Assembly: GCA_050043595.1 (NCBI GenBank)
Contig: JBNAIF010000127.1
Location: 43-64,042 of the forward strand
Direction of reading: 5' to 3'
Origin: Nitrososphaeraceae archaeon
GTDB taxonomy: Archaea; Thermoproteota; Nitrososphaeria; Nitrososphaerales; Nitrososphaeraceae
DNA length: 64,000 nucleotides
Part shown: one piece after another, positions 50,943-60,763 of the stretch
How positions within the stretch are numbered: the stretch's first letter is position 1
Layout: each line of letters opens with the position of its first letter
The notes under the pieces: generated by a model
The model's database searches: none
Told to the model about the DNA's origin: nothing
What the model saw: the letters and a program-made list of their open reading frames with translations, nothing else
Made by a program: the position numbers and the translations under genes

Positions 50943-52169
50943 TTAATCCATAAAAGCTTTTTCTGCATGTTGAGTGATGTCGATTCCTGCTTCTTCTTCT
51001 TCTTCTGTTACTCTTAGTCCTATTGTCTTGTCAATTACCTTGAGTATAGCAACGGTTCCACCAAAGGCAAACGCCGCGGCAACTATTACACCAAATGCTT
51101 GAAGTCCTAACTGATCTAGATTTCCACTGAATTTCCAACCTACTGGACCTCCATCCATAACAAATGGACTAGCAACAATACCAATTGCTAATGTTCCTAT
51201 AATACCAGTTACACCGTGTACAGAACTTACATCTAATGCATCGTCTATCTTTAGTTTTTCCTTGAACAATACTATTCCATAGTACGAACCGAATCCTAGG
51301 ACTATACCTAAGATGAATGCGTCTTGTCCGGTAATAAATCCAGCAGCTGGTGTAATTCCAGCTAGACCAGATATAGCACCGTTTATTGCAGCAGCAACGG
51401 ATGGCTTTCCAGACCGTTTCCATGAAAGGAATATCCAAACAAGTGTACAAGTCGAGGCACCTATCTGCGAAGTCAATAATGCATTAGCAGCTACACCATC
51501 AGAAGCAACTGCACTTCCAGCATTAAATCCGAACCAACCAAGCCACAATAGTGATGCACCTATAACGGCTAGAGGTAAGTTATGTGGAATCATAATTTGT
51601 GGGCCGTAATTCTTTCTTCGTCCTAATACTAATCCAATTGCTAGTGAAGCCATACCTGCACTGGTGTGGATAACTATACCTCCTGCGAAATCCCATACAC
51701 CTAATTCGGCAAGCCAACCTCCTCCCCATATCCAATGGGCTAATGGAGAGTATATCAATAAACTCCAAGCAATAGTAAATGCAAAGAATGCACTATACTT
51801 CATTCGTTCTGCAAATGCACCAGAAATTAGTAGAGGCGTGATTACAGCGAACATCATCTGAAATGTAGCAAACAATACTCCTGGAATAGTACCATCGTCA
51901 AATCCATTGTGAATTGGAACATCTTTATAAAAGATGTGATCAAATCCACCAATAAGACCTCCTTGTGATCCACCAAAGACTAAAGTAAATCCTACGATGA
52001 ACCATAAAGTTGATACTATTGCCAATCCAGAAAATGTGTGCATAATAGCAGATAATCCGTTTTTAAAACGAATCAATCCAGCTTCAAAGAATCCCAATCC
52101 CGGTGTCATCAACAGAACGAGTCCTGTCGCAACAATCATCCATGCAGTATCTCCAGTATCTAATGCCAT
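50943..52169 (-). CDS. amt: ammonium transporter (Amt family)
   Basis: DTGDTAW, FQMMFAVITP, DFAGGIVIH, WFGFNAGS, VHG (twin His). ATG 52169 preferred over GTG 52190 because of the TATA position. Confidence 0.98.
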   Translation of the reverse strand: MALDTGDTAWMIVATGLVLLMTPGLGFFEAGLIRFKNGLSAIMHTFSGLAIVSTLWFIVGFTLVFGGSQGGLIGGFDHIFYKDVPIHNGFDDGTIPGVLFATFQMMFAVITPLLISGAFAERMKYSAFFAFTIAWSLLIYSPLAHWIWGGGWLAELGVWDFAGGIVIHTSAGMASLAIGLVLGRRKNYGPQIMIPHNLPLAVIGASLLWLGWFGFNAGSAVASDGVAANALLTSQIGASTCTLVWIFLSWKRSGKPSVAAAINGAISGLAGITPAAGFITGQDAFILGIVLGFGSYYGIVLFKEKLKIDDALDVSSVHGVTGIIGTLAIGIVASPFVMDGGPVGWKFSGNLDQLGLQAFGVIVAAAFAFGGTVAILKVIDKTIGLRVTEEEEEAGIDITQHAEKAFMD

Positions 52170-52196
52170 TGTTGTTGCATAAATCACCACACAGTA

Positions 52197-52204
52197 TTAT
52201 AAAA
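52197..52204 (-). promoter_or_regulatory. probable TATA box of amt
   Basis: TTTTATAA on the minus strand, about 28 nt upstream of ATG 52169. Confidence 0.5.
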
Positions 52205-52282
52205 AAGTTTGTTCTTTATTATTAAAAAATAAAAATAAGCTTAATATTATCAAAAAATTGTAATTAATTTGAAAAATTATAT

Positions 52283-53410
52283 TTATTTTAGTAATTCTTT
52301 AATTAAAGATTGAACCATTTTTTCTACGTTATATTCAGATATAGATGGATGACAAGGTAAAGATAGAACGTTCTTGCTAGCCCATTCTGTATTTGGCAAA
52401 AGATTATCAAAAAAATGTTTTTTATAATATGGTGTCATATGAACCGGAGGATTATAATAAATTGCAGCACCAAATCCATTTTCGTTTAATTTCTTTTTAA
52501 TTGCATCGCGTTTTTGTCCCTGAGATGAGTCATGAAATGCTATTGTATAAAGATACCAATTAAATTTTTTAATATCAGTTTCAGATGGAATTACGATATC
52601 ATTATACTTTTTTAAATACTCATTTAATTTATCAGACAATATTTTAGCATTTTTTCTACGTAATTTTAAAATATCTTGAAATTTTCTCATTTGTATTTTT
52701 GCTATTGCTGCACTTAATTCCGGAAGTCTAAGATTAAGTCCCAATATTTTGGTATCATAACCTTCTACCATTCCATGGTTTCGAATCATCTTTAATGTAT
52801 CTGCAATATTATCATCATTAGTTGCTATAGCCCCCCCTTCGCCTGCAGTTAAAACTTTGCTAGCGTACATACTAAAACAACCTATTTTTCCTATAGTTCC
52901 AGTTTGTTGATTTTTATAAGTAGATCCTAATGATTGACATGCATCTTCTATTATAGAAAAGGAATGATTATTAGCAATTTCAATTATTTCGTCCATATCA
53001 GATGGATGTCCATATAGATGAACTGGAATTATGGCTTTTGTTTTATTTGTAATTTTGTTTTTAAGGTCATTTATATCCATAGTATAATCAGTTTTATTAA
53101 TATCAACGAAAACTGGTCTGGCTCCTGCAGCTATAACAGAATTTGCAGTAGCAACAAATGTAAATGATGGCAATAAGATTTCATCACCCTCTTGAATATT
53201 TATGGATAATAAAGAAGCATGCAATGCGGAAGTTCCAGAGTTTACTGCTATAACATGTTTGACATTCAAAAATTCTTTTAATGATAATTCAAGTTCTTGT
53301 ACTTGTTTTCCTCCATGTTTAGATGCACTGGTAAGAATTCCTCCATCTAGAACATGAATTACTTCTTCTTTTTCTTTAGTATCAAGCCATGGTTGATTTA
53401 TTGGAATCAT
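52283..53410 (-). CDS. DegT/DnrJ/EryC1/StrS family PLP aminotransferase
   Basis: VNSGTSALH, IPVHLYG, IEDACQS, FSMYASKVLTAGEGG. Confidence 0.95.
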   Translation of the reverse strand: MIPINQPWLDTKEKEEVIHVLDGGILTSASKHGGKQVQELELSLKEFLNVKHVIAVNSGTSALHASLLSINIQEGDEILLPSFTFVATANSVIAAGARPVFVDINKTDYTMDINDLKNKITNKTKAIIPVHLYGHPSDMDEIIEIANNHSFSIIEDACQSLGSTYKNQQTGTIGKIGCFSMYASKVLTAGEGGAIATNDDNIADTLKMIRNHGMVEGYDTKILGLNLRLPELSAAIAKIQMRKFQDILKLRRKNAKILSDKLNEYLKKYNDIVIPSETDIKKFNWYLYTIAFHDSSQGQKRDAIKKKLNENGFGAAIYYNPPVHMTPYYKKHFFDNLLPNTEWASKNVLSLPCHPSISEYNVEKMVQSLIKELLK

Positions 53411-53590
53411 ATTAACTTGTAATAAGATAATTACATATTATTAATTTTTAGTATATTATTTACCATTGTTATTCATCTAAATAACATTATTTACATTAAT
53501 ATAGAAAATCAATGTCGATATATGAAATCTAGATTAGATAAAATTATTATGTCAAAATATAATAATGAGTAAATTAGAAGTAGAATTTAT

Positions 53591-53713
53591 GCAGATGTGG
53601 CAGAGTGGTCTTCTTATTGAACACAATAATGCGTCGGCCTTGAGATTACTTCAAGGTTATGAGCAAGCCGATTCGCCTTATGGCGAGCAGGAGTTCGAAT
53701 CTCCTCATCTGCG
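53591..53713 (+). tRNA. tRNA-Ser(UGA) with two introns: D-loop (about 53611-53626) and canonical 37/38 (53645-53665); CCA not encoded
   Basis: Acceptor GCAGATG/CATCTGC with G73, D stem GCA/TGC, anticodon stem TCGGC/GCCGA with CT-TGA-G, long variable arm TCGCC/GGCGA, T arm AGGAG-TTCGAAT-CTCCT. Confidence 0.9.
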
Positions 53714-53778
53714 TTAAATAATATAGTAAATACTTTTTAAAAGGTATTTTTGTAAATAATAAATAATTAGAGAATGAT

Positions 53779-54891
53779 ATGGATAAAAAAATTGTAGTTG
53801 TAGTTGTAGTGGTAGTAATTATTGCAGTAATGACTATCTTCAATAATCCCTCTGACACTATCATTCCTTTACCTGAACCTGAATATCTTAATAACAATGA
53901 CTTAAAAAAAGGTGTACAAACGATTGTAGATAATTTAGATGCACCTTGGGCAATAGATATATCAAGAGACGATAGAATATTTTTTACAGAAAGAGAGGGA
54001 AAAGTTAGAGTAATTAATCAAGGAAAAATGTTAGAAGAACCTTTAGTGTACATTAATACTGATCAAATAGGAAGTTCTAGTGGTTTATTAGGTCTTGCAT
54101 TAGATCCAGATTTCATAAATAATAATTTAATATACATATTTTATACATATATAGATAATAACAATTTATTTGGCAAAGTTTTATCATTGAAAGAAAAAGA
54201 TAACAAAATTATTGACTCCAAAATTATAATAGATAAAATTCCTGCTTCTTTATATAATAATGGTGGAAGAATAGAATTCGGCCCTGATAATAAATTATAT
54301 ATTTCTACTGGAGATGCAACAAGACCAGATCTTGCACAAAATATGTCATCCTTGGCTGGAAAAATTTTGAGAATAAATCCTGATGGTACTATTCCGGAAG
54401 ATAATCCATTTATGAATTCTCCTGTTTATTCATATGGACATAGAAATGTACAGGGAATGGCATGGGATCCTGACACTAAACAAATGTATGCAGCAGAGCA
54501 AGGACATGGTGGATTTGATGAAATCAATTTAATTTTAGCTGGAAAAAATTATGGATGGCCTGATAGCAAATGTAAATCAAATAAAGACACATTATCAGAA
54601 AATGCATTATTTTGTTTTAATCCCGCAATTGCACCAGGAGGAATAGTATTTTCAAAGTCAGACTTTCTTGGATACAAAAATGATCTGATACTTACTACAT
54701 TAAAAGGAACGCATCTAAGACAAATAGATCTTGATTCAAAGGAACAAAATAATATATTAGTAGGATATGGAAGATTAGTTGATATTGTTGAATCAAATAA
54801 TGGTGAATTATATATTTTAACAAGTAATACAGATGGAAGTGGAATAATTCAAAAGAATGATGATAAAATTTTAAAAATAACATCACCATAA
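53779..54891 (+). CDS. PQQ-dependent sugar dehydrogenase (GSDH/Asd beta-propeller), membrane anchored
   Basis: LDAPW, GLLGLALDP, HNGG-like YNNGGRIEFGPD, LAGKILRINPDG, YGHRNVQG, DEIN, NYGWP. Confidence 0.92.
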   Translation: MDKKIVVVVVVVVIIAVMTIFNNPSDTIIPLPEPEYLNNNDLKKGVQTIVDNLDAPWAIDISRDDRIFFTEREGKVRVINQGKMLEEPLVYINTDQIGSSSGLLGLALDPDFINNNLIYIFYTYIDNNNLFGKVLSLKEKDNKIIDSKIIIDKIPASLYNNGGRIEFGPDNKLYISTGDATRPDLAQNMSSLAGKILRINPDGTIPEDNPFMNSPVYSYGHRNVQGMAWDPDTKQMYAAEQGHGGFDEINLILAGKNYGWPDSKCKSNKDTLSENALFCFNPAIAPGGIVFSKSDFLGYKNDLILTTLKGTHLRQIDLDSKEQNNILVGYGRLVDIVESNNGELYILTSNTDGSGIIQKNDDKILKITSP

Positions 54892-54899
54892 ATTAAATA

Positions 54900-56213
54900 T
54901 TGACAATAAAAAAGCAAAATTTTAAAAAAATTAAATTTTATGAATTAAATCATACAAAAAGAATTGAGTATATACAAAAAGAAACCAAATTAAATGAGAA
55001 TGATTTGAACATATTATTTGACTTGCCAAAGAACCTTTCTTTTAATGATGTAAATAATATGATAGAAAATGTTATTGGAATTATTCCGGTTCCTATGGGC
55101 ATAGCTACAAATTTCTTAATAAACAATAAACCTTACCTGATTCCTATGGCAATTGAAGAATCATCAGTTATTGCTGCAGCAAGTAAAGCAGCAAAAATTG
55201 CTAAAGAAAAAGGAGGATTTTATGTCCAAGCAGATGAATCTATAATGATAGGTCAAATTCAATTAGTATCGAGTTCAAGGTCATATAAATCATTTTTTGA
55301 TCAGAAAGACAAAAAAATAATCAAGAAAATTATTCAAGATAATAAAAAAGAGCTAATAAAAATAGCGAATATGAAAAGTAATTCGGTTATTGCCAAAGAT
55401 ATTCAAATTAGAGAAATGAAAGATGAAAGTAAAAATAAAATGGGTGATATGATAATTATAGAATTAATTATAGATACGAAAGATGCGATGGGTGCAAATG
55501 TCATTAATTCTATGTGTGAAGCAATTAGTACTAATATTGAAGTATTGACTAATAAGGAGGTTATTTTAAAAATCTTGTCTAATTATTCAACTAGACGTCT
55601 TGTAAGATGTAAAGCAAAATTTTCTAGAAATCAAATAGGGGATAAGAATGTCACAAGATTTTTATATGCATATGCATTAGCTTTTTCAGACACATATAGA
55701 GCCGTAACTCATAATAAAGGATTAATGAATGGAATTGATGCAGTTGCTTTAGCTACTGGTCAGGACATTAGAGCGATAGAAGCTGCAGTACATGCATATG
55801 CATCAAGAGATGGAAAATATAGATCATTGACTAAATGGTATGAATCTAAGGAAGGAGATCTTGTAGGAGAGATTGAAATTCCATTAGCAGTAGGAATTGT
55901 TGGTGGAATAACAGCAGTTAATCCATATGTTAAAACTGCTTTAAAAATATTAAAGATAAACAAATCTAAAGAACTTGCAATGATAATGGCAGCTGTAGGT
56001 TTGGCTCAAAACTTTGCAGCAATACGAGCTTTGGTAGATGAAGGTATTCAAAAAGGTCATATGCGTTTACACGCAAAAAATATAGCTACTGCAGCTGGTG
56101 CAAAAGGAGATCAAATAATTCAAATATCCAAGATTTTGATTGAAGAAGGAGATATATCAGTAAGTAAAGCAAAACAAATTATAGAAAATCTAAAAAATAC
56201 AAAGAATAAGTAG
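54900..56213 (+). CDS. mvaA: HMG-CoA reductase, class II
   Basis: MIENVIG, EESSVIAAAS, DAMGAN, THNKGLMNG, GIQKGHMRLH. Confidence 0.95.
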   Translation: MTIKKQNFKKIKFYELNHTKRIEYIQKETKLNENDLNILFDLPKNLSFNDVNNMIENVIGIIPVPMGIATNFLINNKPYLIPMAIEESSVIAAASKAAKIAKEKGGFYVQADESIMIGQIQLVSSSRSYKSFFDQKDKKIIKKIIQDNKKELIKIANMKSNSVIAKDIQIREMKDESKNKMGDMIIIELIIDTKDAMGANVINSMCEAISTNIEVLTNKEVILKILSNYSTRRLVRCKAKFSRNQIGDKNVTRFLYAYALAFSDTYRAVTHNKGLMNGIDAVALATGQDIRAIEAAVHAYASRDGKYRSLTKWYESKEGDLVGEIEIPLAVGIVGGITAVNPYVKTALKILKINKSKELAMIMAAVGLAQNFAAIRALVDEGIQKGHMRLHAKNIATAAGAKGDQIIQISKILIEEGDISVSKAKQIIENLKNTKNK

Positions 56214-56253
56214 ATATATATCATACAGACAACAAATTCTCATTATTATATTT

Positions 56254-57240
56254 ATGCAACAACATAAGAGTATAGTAAAATTTGCGATACCCAAAGGAAC
56301 TATTGAAGAAGCAACATTTAAAATTTTAGAAGAAGCATGGCAAAAAGTAAGTGGTCATGCTAGAACATATAGAATAAAGTTAGGAGATCCGGAAATCGAA
56401 GTTAAAAAATTAAGACCTCAAGAAATTCCAACATATGTTCAAGAAGGATTTTATGATATTGGTATTACTGGAAAAGATTGGATAGAGGAAGCTAATGCAG
56501 ATATAAAAATATTGTTAGATTTAGAATACGGACGTGTTAAACAAGTTATAGCTATTCCGGAAAGTTTTTCATATAATTCATTGGATGAAATGATTTCAAA
56601 ATTCGCTGAAAAAAATGAACCATTAAGAATTTCATCAGAATATCTTACTACAACATCAAAATATATTAAATCAATAAATGCGTATAAGAAATATTTTCAA
56701 GGACTAGAACCAATGATTATTACTCCGTGGTTTCGAATAGGAGAAAATAAAAATGTACAGATTTATCTTTCTTTTGGTGCAACTGAGGCAAAACCACCAG
56801 AAGACGTAGACGCAATTTTTGATATCACAGAAACAGGTACAACTTTGGCACAAAATAATTTAAAAATAATAGATTATGTGACTGAATCGACTTCGGTTTT
56901 GATTGCAAATAAACAATCTCTAAAAAACGAGAAAAAAAGAGAAAAAATTTCAGATATGATAGCTCTTTTAAGAGGAGTGGTAGAAGCACGAAAGAAACTT
57001 CATATATTTGTCAATGTAAAGAAAGAAAATTTAGAGATATTATTAAATGAACTTCCTGCATTAAAAAAACCTACTATTAGTACTTTAAGTGAGGATGGAT
57101 GGTTTGGGGTCAATACTATTATAGATAAAAATGAATTTATAAAAATAGTTCCTACTATGAGAAAAATAGCACAAGGACTTGTAGTATTAGAACCAAAACA
57201 AATTCTACCTTTAGAAGAAATAAAAATACAAGATATTTAA
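56254..57240 (+). CDS. hisG: ATP phosphoribosyltransferase (long form)
   Basis: AIPKG, RPQEIP, GATE, DITETGTTL, C-terminal regulatory domain KKPTIS. Confidence 0.95.
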   Translation: MQQHKSIVKFAIPKGTIEEATFKILEEAWQKVSGHARTYRIKLGDPEIEVKKLRPQEIPTYVQEGFYDIGITGKDWIEEANADIKILLDLEYGRVKQVIAIPESFSYNSLDEMISKFAEKNEPLRISSEYLTTTSKYIKSINAYKKYFQGLEPMIITPWFRIGENKNVQIYLSFGATEAKPPEDVDAIFDITETGTTLAQNNLKIIDYVTESTSVLIANKQSLKNEKKREKISDMIALLRGVVEARKKLHIFVNVKKENLEILLNELPALKKPTISTLSEDGWFGVNTIIDKNEFIKIVPTMRKIAQGLVVLEPKQILPLEEIKIQDI

Positions 57241-57245
57241 ATTGA

Positions 57246-58556
57246 TTGAATTTGATTAAGAAGATAATCGTTAAAAATGCAATAATAGATGCAGAAAAAA
57301 TAAGAAAGAAATCTAAAAATAATTTTTCAGAAGATAAGGTTAACAAGACTAAAGAAATAATCAATGATGTAGAAAAGTTTGGAGATAAAGCAGTTTTAAA
57401 ATATACTAGTAAATTTGATGGAATTAATCTTGAATCAATTCTTGTCACTAAAGAAGAAATTGAAGAAGCATATAATCATGTAGATAAAAAACAAATTAAA
57501 ATTCTTAAATCAATTAAAAATAAGCTAAGTAAGAATGAAAAGACATTACTAAGATATTTTCAAAAAATTTCTGCAATACGAGATGATCAAATTACAATCC
57601 AAAAAATTATCAAGCCTATTACCAGTATAGGATGTTATGTTCCAGGAGGGAAAGCTAGATATCCAAGTACATTAATTATGTGTGCAATTCCTGCGAAAAT
57701 AGCTGGAGTAAAACGTATTGTTGCTATATCACCGGCACAAAAAAATTCAAAAATTGATCCATTAACTTTAGTTGCGGCAGACATTTGTGGAATAAATGAG
57801 TTTTATAAAATAGGTGGAGCGCAAGGAATAGCTGCATTAGCTTTTGGAACAAAAACTATTAAAAAAGTTGATAAAATTGTTGGACCTGGCGGAATGTTTG
57901 TAACAATCGCAAAATCAGTGGTTTCAGATAGGATTTCTATTGATATGATAGCAGGTCCTACTGAGTTACTAGTATATGCAGATTCTTTTGCTAATCCAAA
58001 ATATATAGCAATAGATTTGATTTCACAAGCAGAACATAGTGAAGATACTATGTGTGGATTAGTTACGACTTCAAAAGAAATTGCAGAACGAGTTGAAAAA
58101 GAAATTTTGAAAATACTAAATCGAAACATCCAAAGGAAAGAAATTATTAGTAAAAGTCTAAGAGAAAATGGGTTTATTGCAATATGTAATAGCAAAGAAG
58201 AAGTAATAAATTTTGTAAATGAAATAGCTGCAGAACATTTACAGATTATGTCTAAAAACGCACGAAAAATAATAAATGAAATTAATTCTGCAGGTCTAAT
58301 TCTTGTAGGAGAACACACACCTTCTGCTGCTAGTGATTATTGTTTTGGATCTAATCATGTTTTGCCAACATTAGGATTCGGTAAATCAAGATCTGCATTA
58401 TCTGTTTTAGATTTTATTAAAATTGTTGGTGTAGTTCAAACTACTAAAAATGGTCTGAAGGATATTGCTTCTGAAATGGAAGTCATTACAAAAAATGAAG
58501 GATTAGTTAATCATTACGAAGCAATAAAATATAGAATAAAAAAAGATTACCATTAA
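57246..58556 (+). CDS. hisD: histidinol dehydrogenase
   Basis: GCYVPGG, GGAQGIAALA, IDMIAGPTE, SQAEH, AAEHL, GSNHVLPT. Confidence 0.98.
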   Translation: MNLIKKIIVKNAIIDAEKIRKKSKNNFSEDKVNKTKEIINDVEKFGDKAVLKYTSKFDGINLESILVTKEEIEEAYNHVDKKQIKILKSIKNKLSKNEKTLLRYFQKISAIRDDQITIQKIIKPITSIGCYVPGGKARYPSTLIMCAIPAKIAGVKRIVAISPAQKNSKIDPLTLVAADICGINEFYKIGGAQGIAALAFGTKTIKKVDKIVGPGGMFVTIAKSVVSDRISIDMIAGPTELLVYADSFANPKYIAIDLISQAEHSEDTMCGLVTTSKEIAERVEKEILKILNRNIQRKEIISKSLRENGFIAICNSKEEVINFVNEIAAEHLQIMSKNARKIINEINSAGLILVGEHTPSAASDYCFGSNHVLPTLGFGKSRSALSVLDFIKIVGVVQTTKNGLKDIASEMEVITKNEGLVNHYEAIKYRIKKDYH

Positions 58557-58598
58557 TAATAAATTGAATTAGAAAATAAACTAATCGTGATCGATTAA

Positions 58599-59666
58599 AT
58601 GAATAACTGGTTAGATAAAAAATTAAATGAATTTAATAAATTACAAACATACGTAAAACCAGAAAAAACATACGGATTAAAAATGAATTCAAATGAAAAT
58701 CTTGTTATAAGTAAAAATTTAAGTAAAAAAATATTATTAAATGCAATAAAAAATATAGATTTAAGAGAATATCCATTGGAGCAGATAGATGAATTTTACG
58801 ATCAGCTTTCTAAATATACAAAAATCAATAAAAAATATTTAGCAATTGGCAATGGTTCTGATCAGATAATTGATTTAATATTATCTATTTTTGGAAGAGA
58901 TCAAAAAATTACTACGTTTGTTCCAACATTTAGCTACTTTTTAGATAGATGTAAATTATATAATATTTCTATTAACGAAGTCGAATTAAATTCTAGTGAT
59001 AATTCATTGGATATAAATGAATTTATAAGATCTGGTAAAAAATCTAAAATTGTTTATATTTGTTCACCAAATAATCCTACTAGCAATCAAGTAGATAAAA
59101 AAGATATAATTCGAGTATTGAAAAATTTAAAAGATAGTTTAATATTGATAGATGAAGCATATGTTGAATTTGGAAAATATAATATAGCTTCAGAAATAAG
59201 AAATTTTGAAAATTTAATAGTTTTACGCACTCTTTCAAAAGGATGTGGATTAGCCGGAGCTAGATTAGGATATTTAATATCTAATGAAAAATTTGCAGCA
59301 TTATTTAAATCCGTAATTCAATACCCATACCCAATAAATACATTATCGCTAATAATTGGGAGACAATTATTATCAGATGTTAAATATATTGAAAATTCTA
59401 TTAAGGCCATAAAAAAAGAAAGAAAAAGAATTTTATTTCGATTGTCATCTGAAAAAAATATTAAGGTATATAGATCTGATGCAAATTTCATATTTGTCCA
59501 AATATTAGATAATAAAATATATAATGAGATATTAAATCGCTTTAAAAAGGAAAAAATATCTGTAAAAGTATTAGGAAATATAAAAGGACGTGTTGGTAGA
59601 TATATACGAATTACTATCGGAACCAAAAAAATGAATGATAAGCTTTTAGTTGCAATGTGTATATAA
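58599..59666 (+). CDS. hisC: histidinol-phosphate aminotransferase
   Basis: NENL, GNGSDQII, SPNNPT, IDEAYVEF, RTLSKG.GLAGARLGY. Confidence 0.95.
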   Translation: MNNWLDKKLNEFNKLQTYVKPEKTYGLKMNSNENLVISKNLSKKILLNAIKNIDLREYPLEQIDEFYDQLSKYTKINKKYLAIGNGSDQIIDLILSIFGRDQKITTFVPTFSYFLDRCKLYNISINEVELNSSDNSLDINEFIRSGKKSKIVYICSPNNPTSNQVDKKDIIRVLKNLKDSLILIDEAYVEFGKYNIASEIRNFENLIVLRTLSKGCGLAGARLGYLISNEKFAALFKSVIQYPYPINTLSLIIGRQLLSDVKYIENSIKAIKKERKRILFRLSSEKNIKVYRSDANFIFVQILDNKIYNEILNRFKKEKISVKVLGNIKGRVGRYIRITIGTKKMNDKLLVAMCI

Positions 59667-59667
59667 T

Positions 59668-60750
59668 TTGGATTATTTAAGATTAGAAAATAATAATAAA
59701 CAATATTTCATCAAAAACAATTTAATTGGTCTAAGATTTGATTGTTTAATTTTTGATATAGATGGTGTTTTGATTGATGTAAAAAAATCATATAACGAAG
59801 CAATAAAAAAAACGGTATACTTTATTTTAGAACAGTTTGAACAGAAAAATAAATTTAAGAATGTAGTAACAAATGATATTATTTTAAAATTTAGAAAATC
59901 AGGCGGATTCAATAATGATGTAGATACAAGTTATGTTATATTAGCTGTGTTATTATCATTACCAGATAACACTAACTCATTGTATGCTAAAGAATTTTTA
60001 TATATTGTTGCTAATAATGCTGACAAACGAGGAATAAAATCTGTTGAAGAATTTCTGTTGAAATATTACTTAAAACAAAATAAAATAATGTCAAGTAAAT
60101 TAGAAAAACTTTTGAAAATATTGAATTATCCTAGTTTAGATAATAATGTTCACGATAGTGTAATTTCAAGGGTATTTGATGAGTATTTTTACGGTTATGA
60201 ATTATTTGAAAGACGTTATGGATATAGATCAAAATATTATTTTGGTAAACCATTAATTGATAATGATAAAATAATTATTAGGCAAAATATTGGTAATATA
60301 TTATATAATAAATTCCAAAAAAATATTGGTATTATTTCAGGAAGAAGTAAGATTGCAGCTATATATTCTTTAGGAGAAAAAATCAGTATATTCAATGAAA
60401 AAGCCTGTATATTTTTAGAAGACAAAGATAGAAGATATGCAAAACCAAGTACATACGGAATAAAAAAGGTAATTGATAATACGATTAATCGACAAAATAA
60501 GAATAACAATAAAAAAATCAATATAATTTATTTTGGAGATTCAATGGAAGACTTGCTAATGGTTAACATGTATAATAAAAAATTTAATAAAAAAAAAGAT
60601 GAAAGAAGAAAGATTTGGATTTATTTTTGTGGTGTATATGGCAGTAGTTCTAATCCAGAGGAATTAATACATAAATTTATTGAAAAAAAAGCAGATATTA
60701 TTATAAATTCTGTTAATGATGTACCATATATATTAAATAAAGTATCATAA
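59668..60750 (+). CDS. HAD-superfamily hydrolase, candidate histidinol-phosphate phosphatase
   Basis: Motif I FDIDGVL, motif IV YFGDSMED; embedded between hisC and hisB. TTG 59668 preferred over 59650. Confidence 0.75.
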   Translation: MDYLRLENNNKQYFIKNNLIGLRFDCLIFDIDGVLIDVKKSYNEAIKKTVYFILEQFEQKNKFKNVVTNDIILKFRKSGGFNNDVDTSYVILAVLLSLPDNTNSLYAKEFLYIVANNADKRGIKSVEEFLLKYYLKQNKIMSSKLEKLLKILNYPSLDNNVHDSVISRVFDEYFYGYELFERRYGYRSKYYFGKPLIDNDKIIIRQNIGNILYNKFQKNIGIISGRSKIAAIYSLGEKISIFNEKACIFLEDKDRRYAKPSTYGIKKVIDNTINRQNKNNNKKINIIYFGDSMEDLLMVNMYNKKFNKKKDERRKIWIYFCGVYGSSSNPEELIHKFIEKKADIIINSVNDVPYILNKVS

Positions 60751-60763
60751 AAATATAAATTAA

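Noticed and set aside
53646-53897. 83-aa minus-strand ORF with a poly-Thr stretch
   Set aside because: It is the antisense reading of tRNA-Ser and of the poly-Val anchor of the dehydrogenase.
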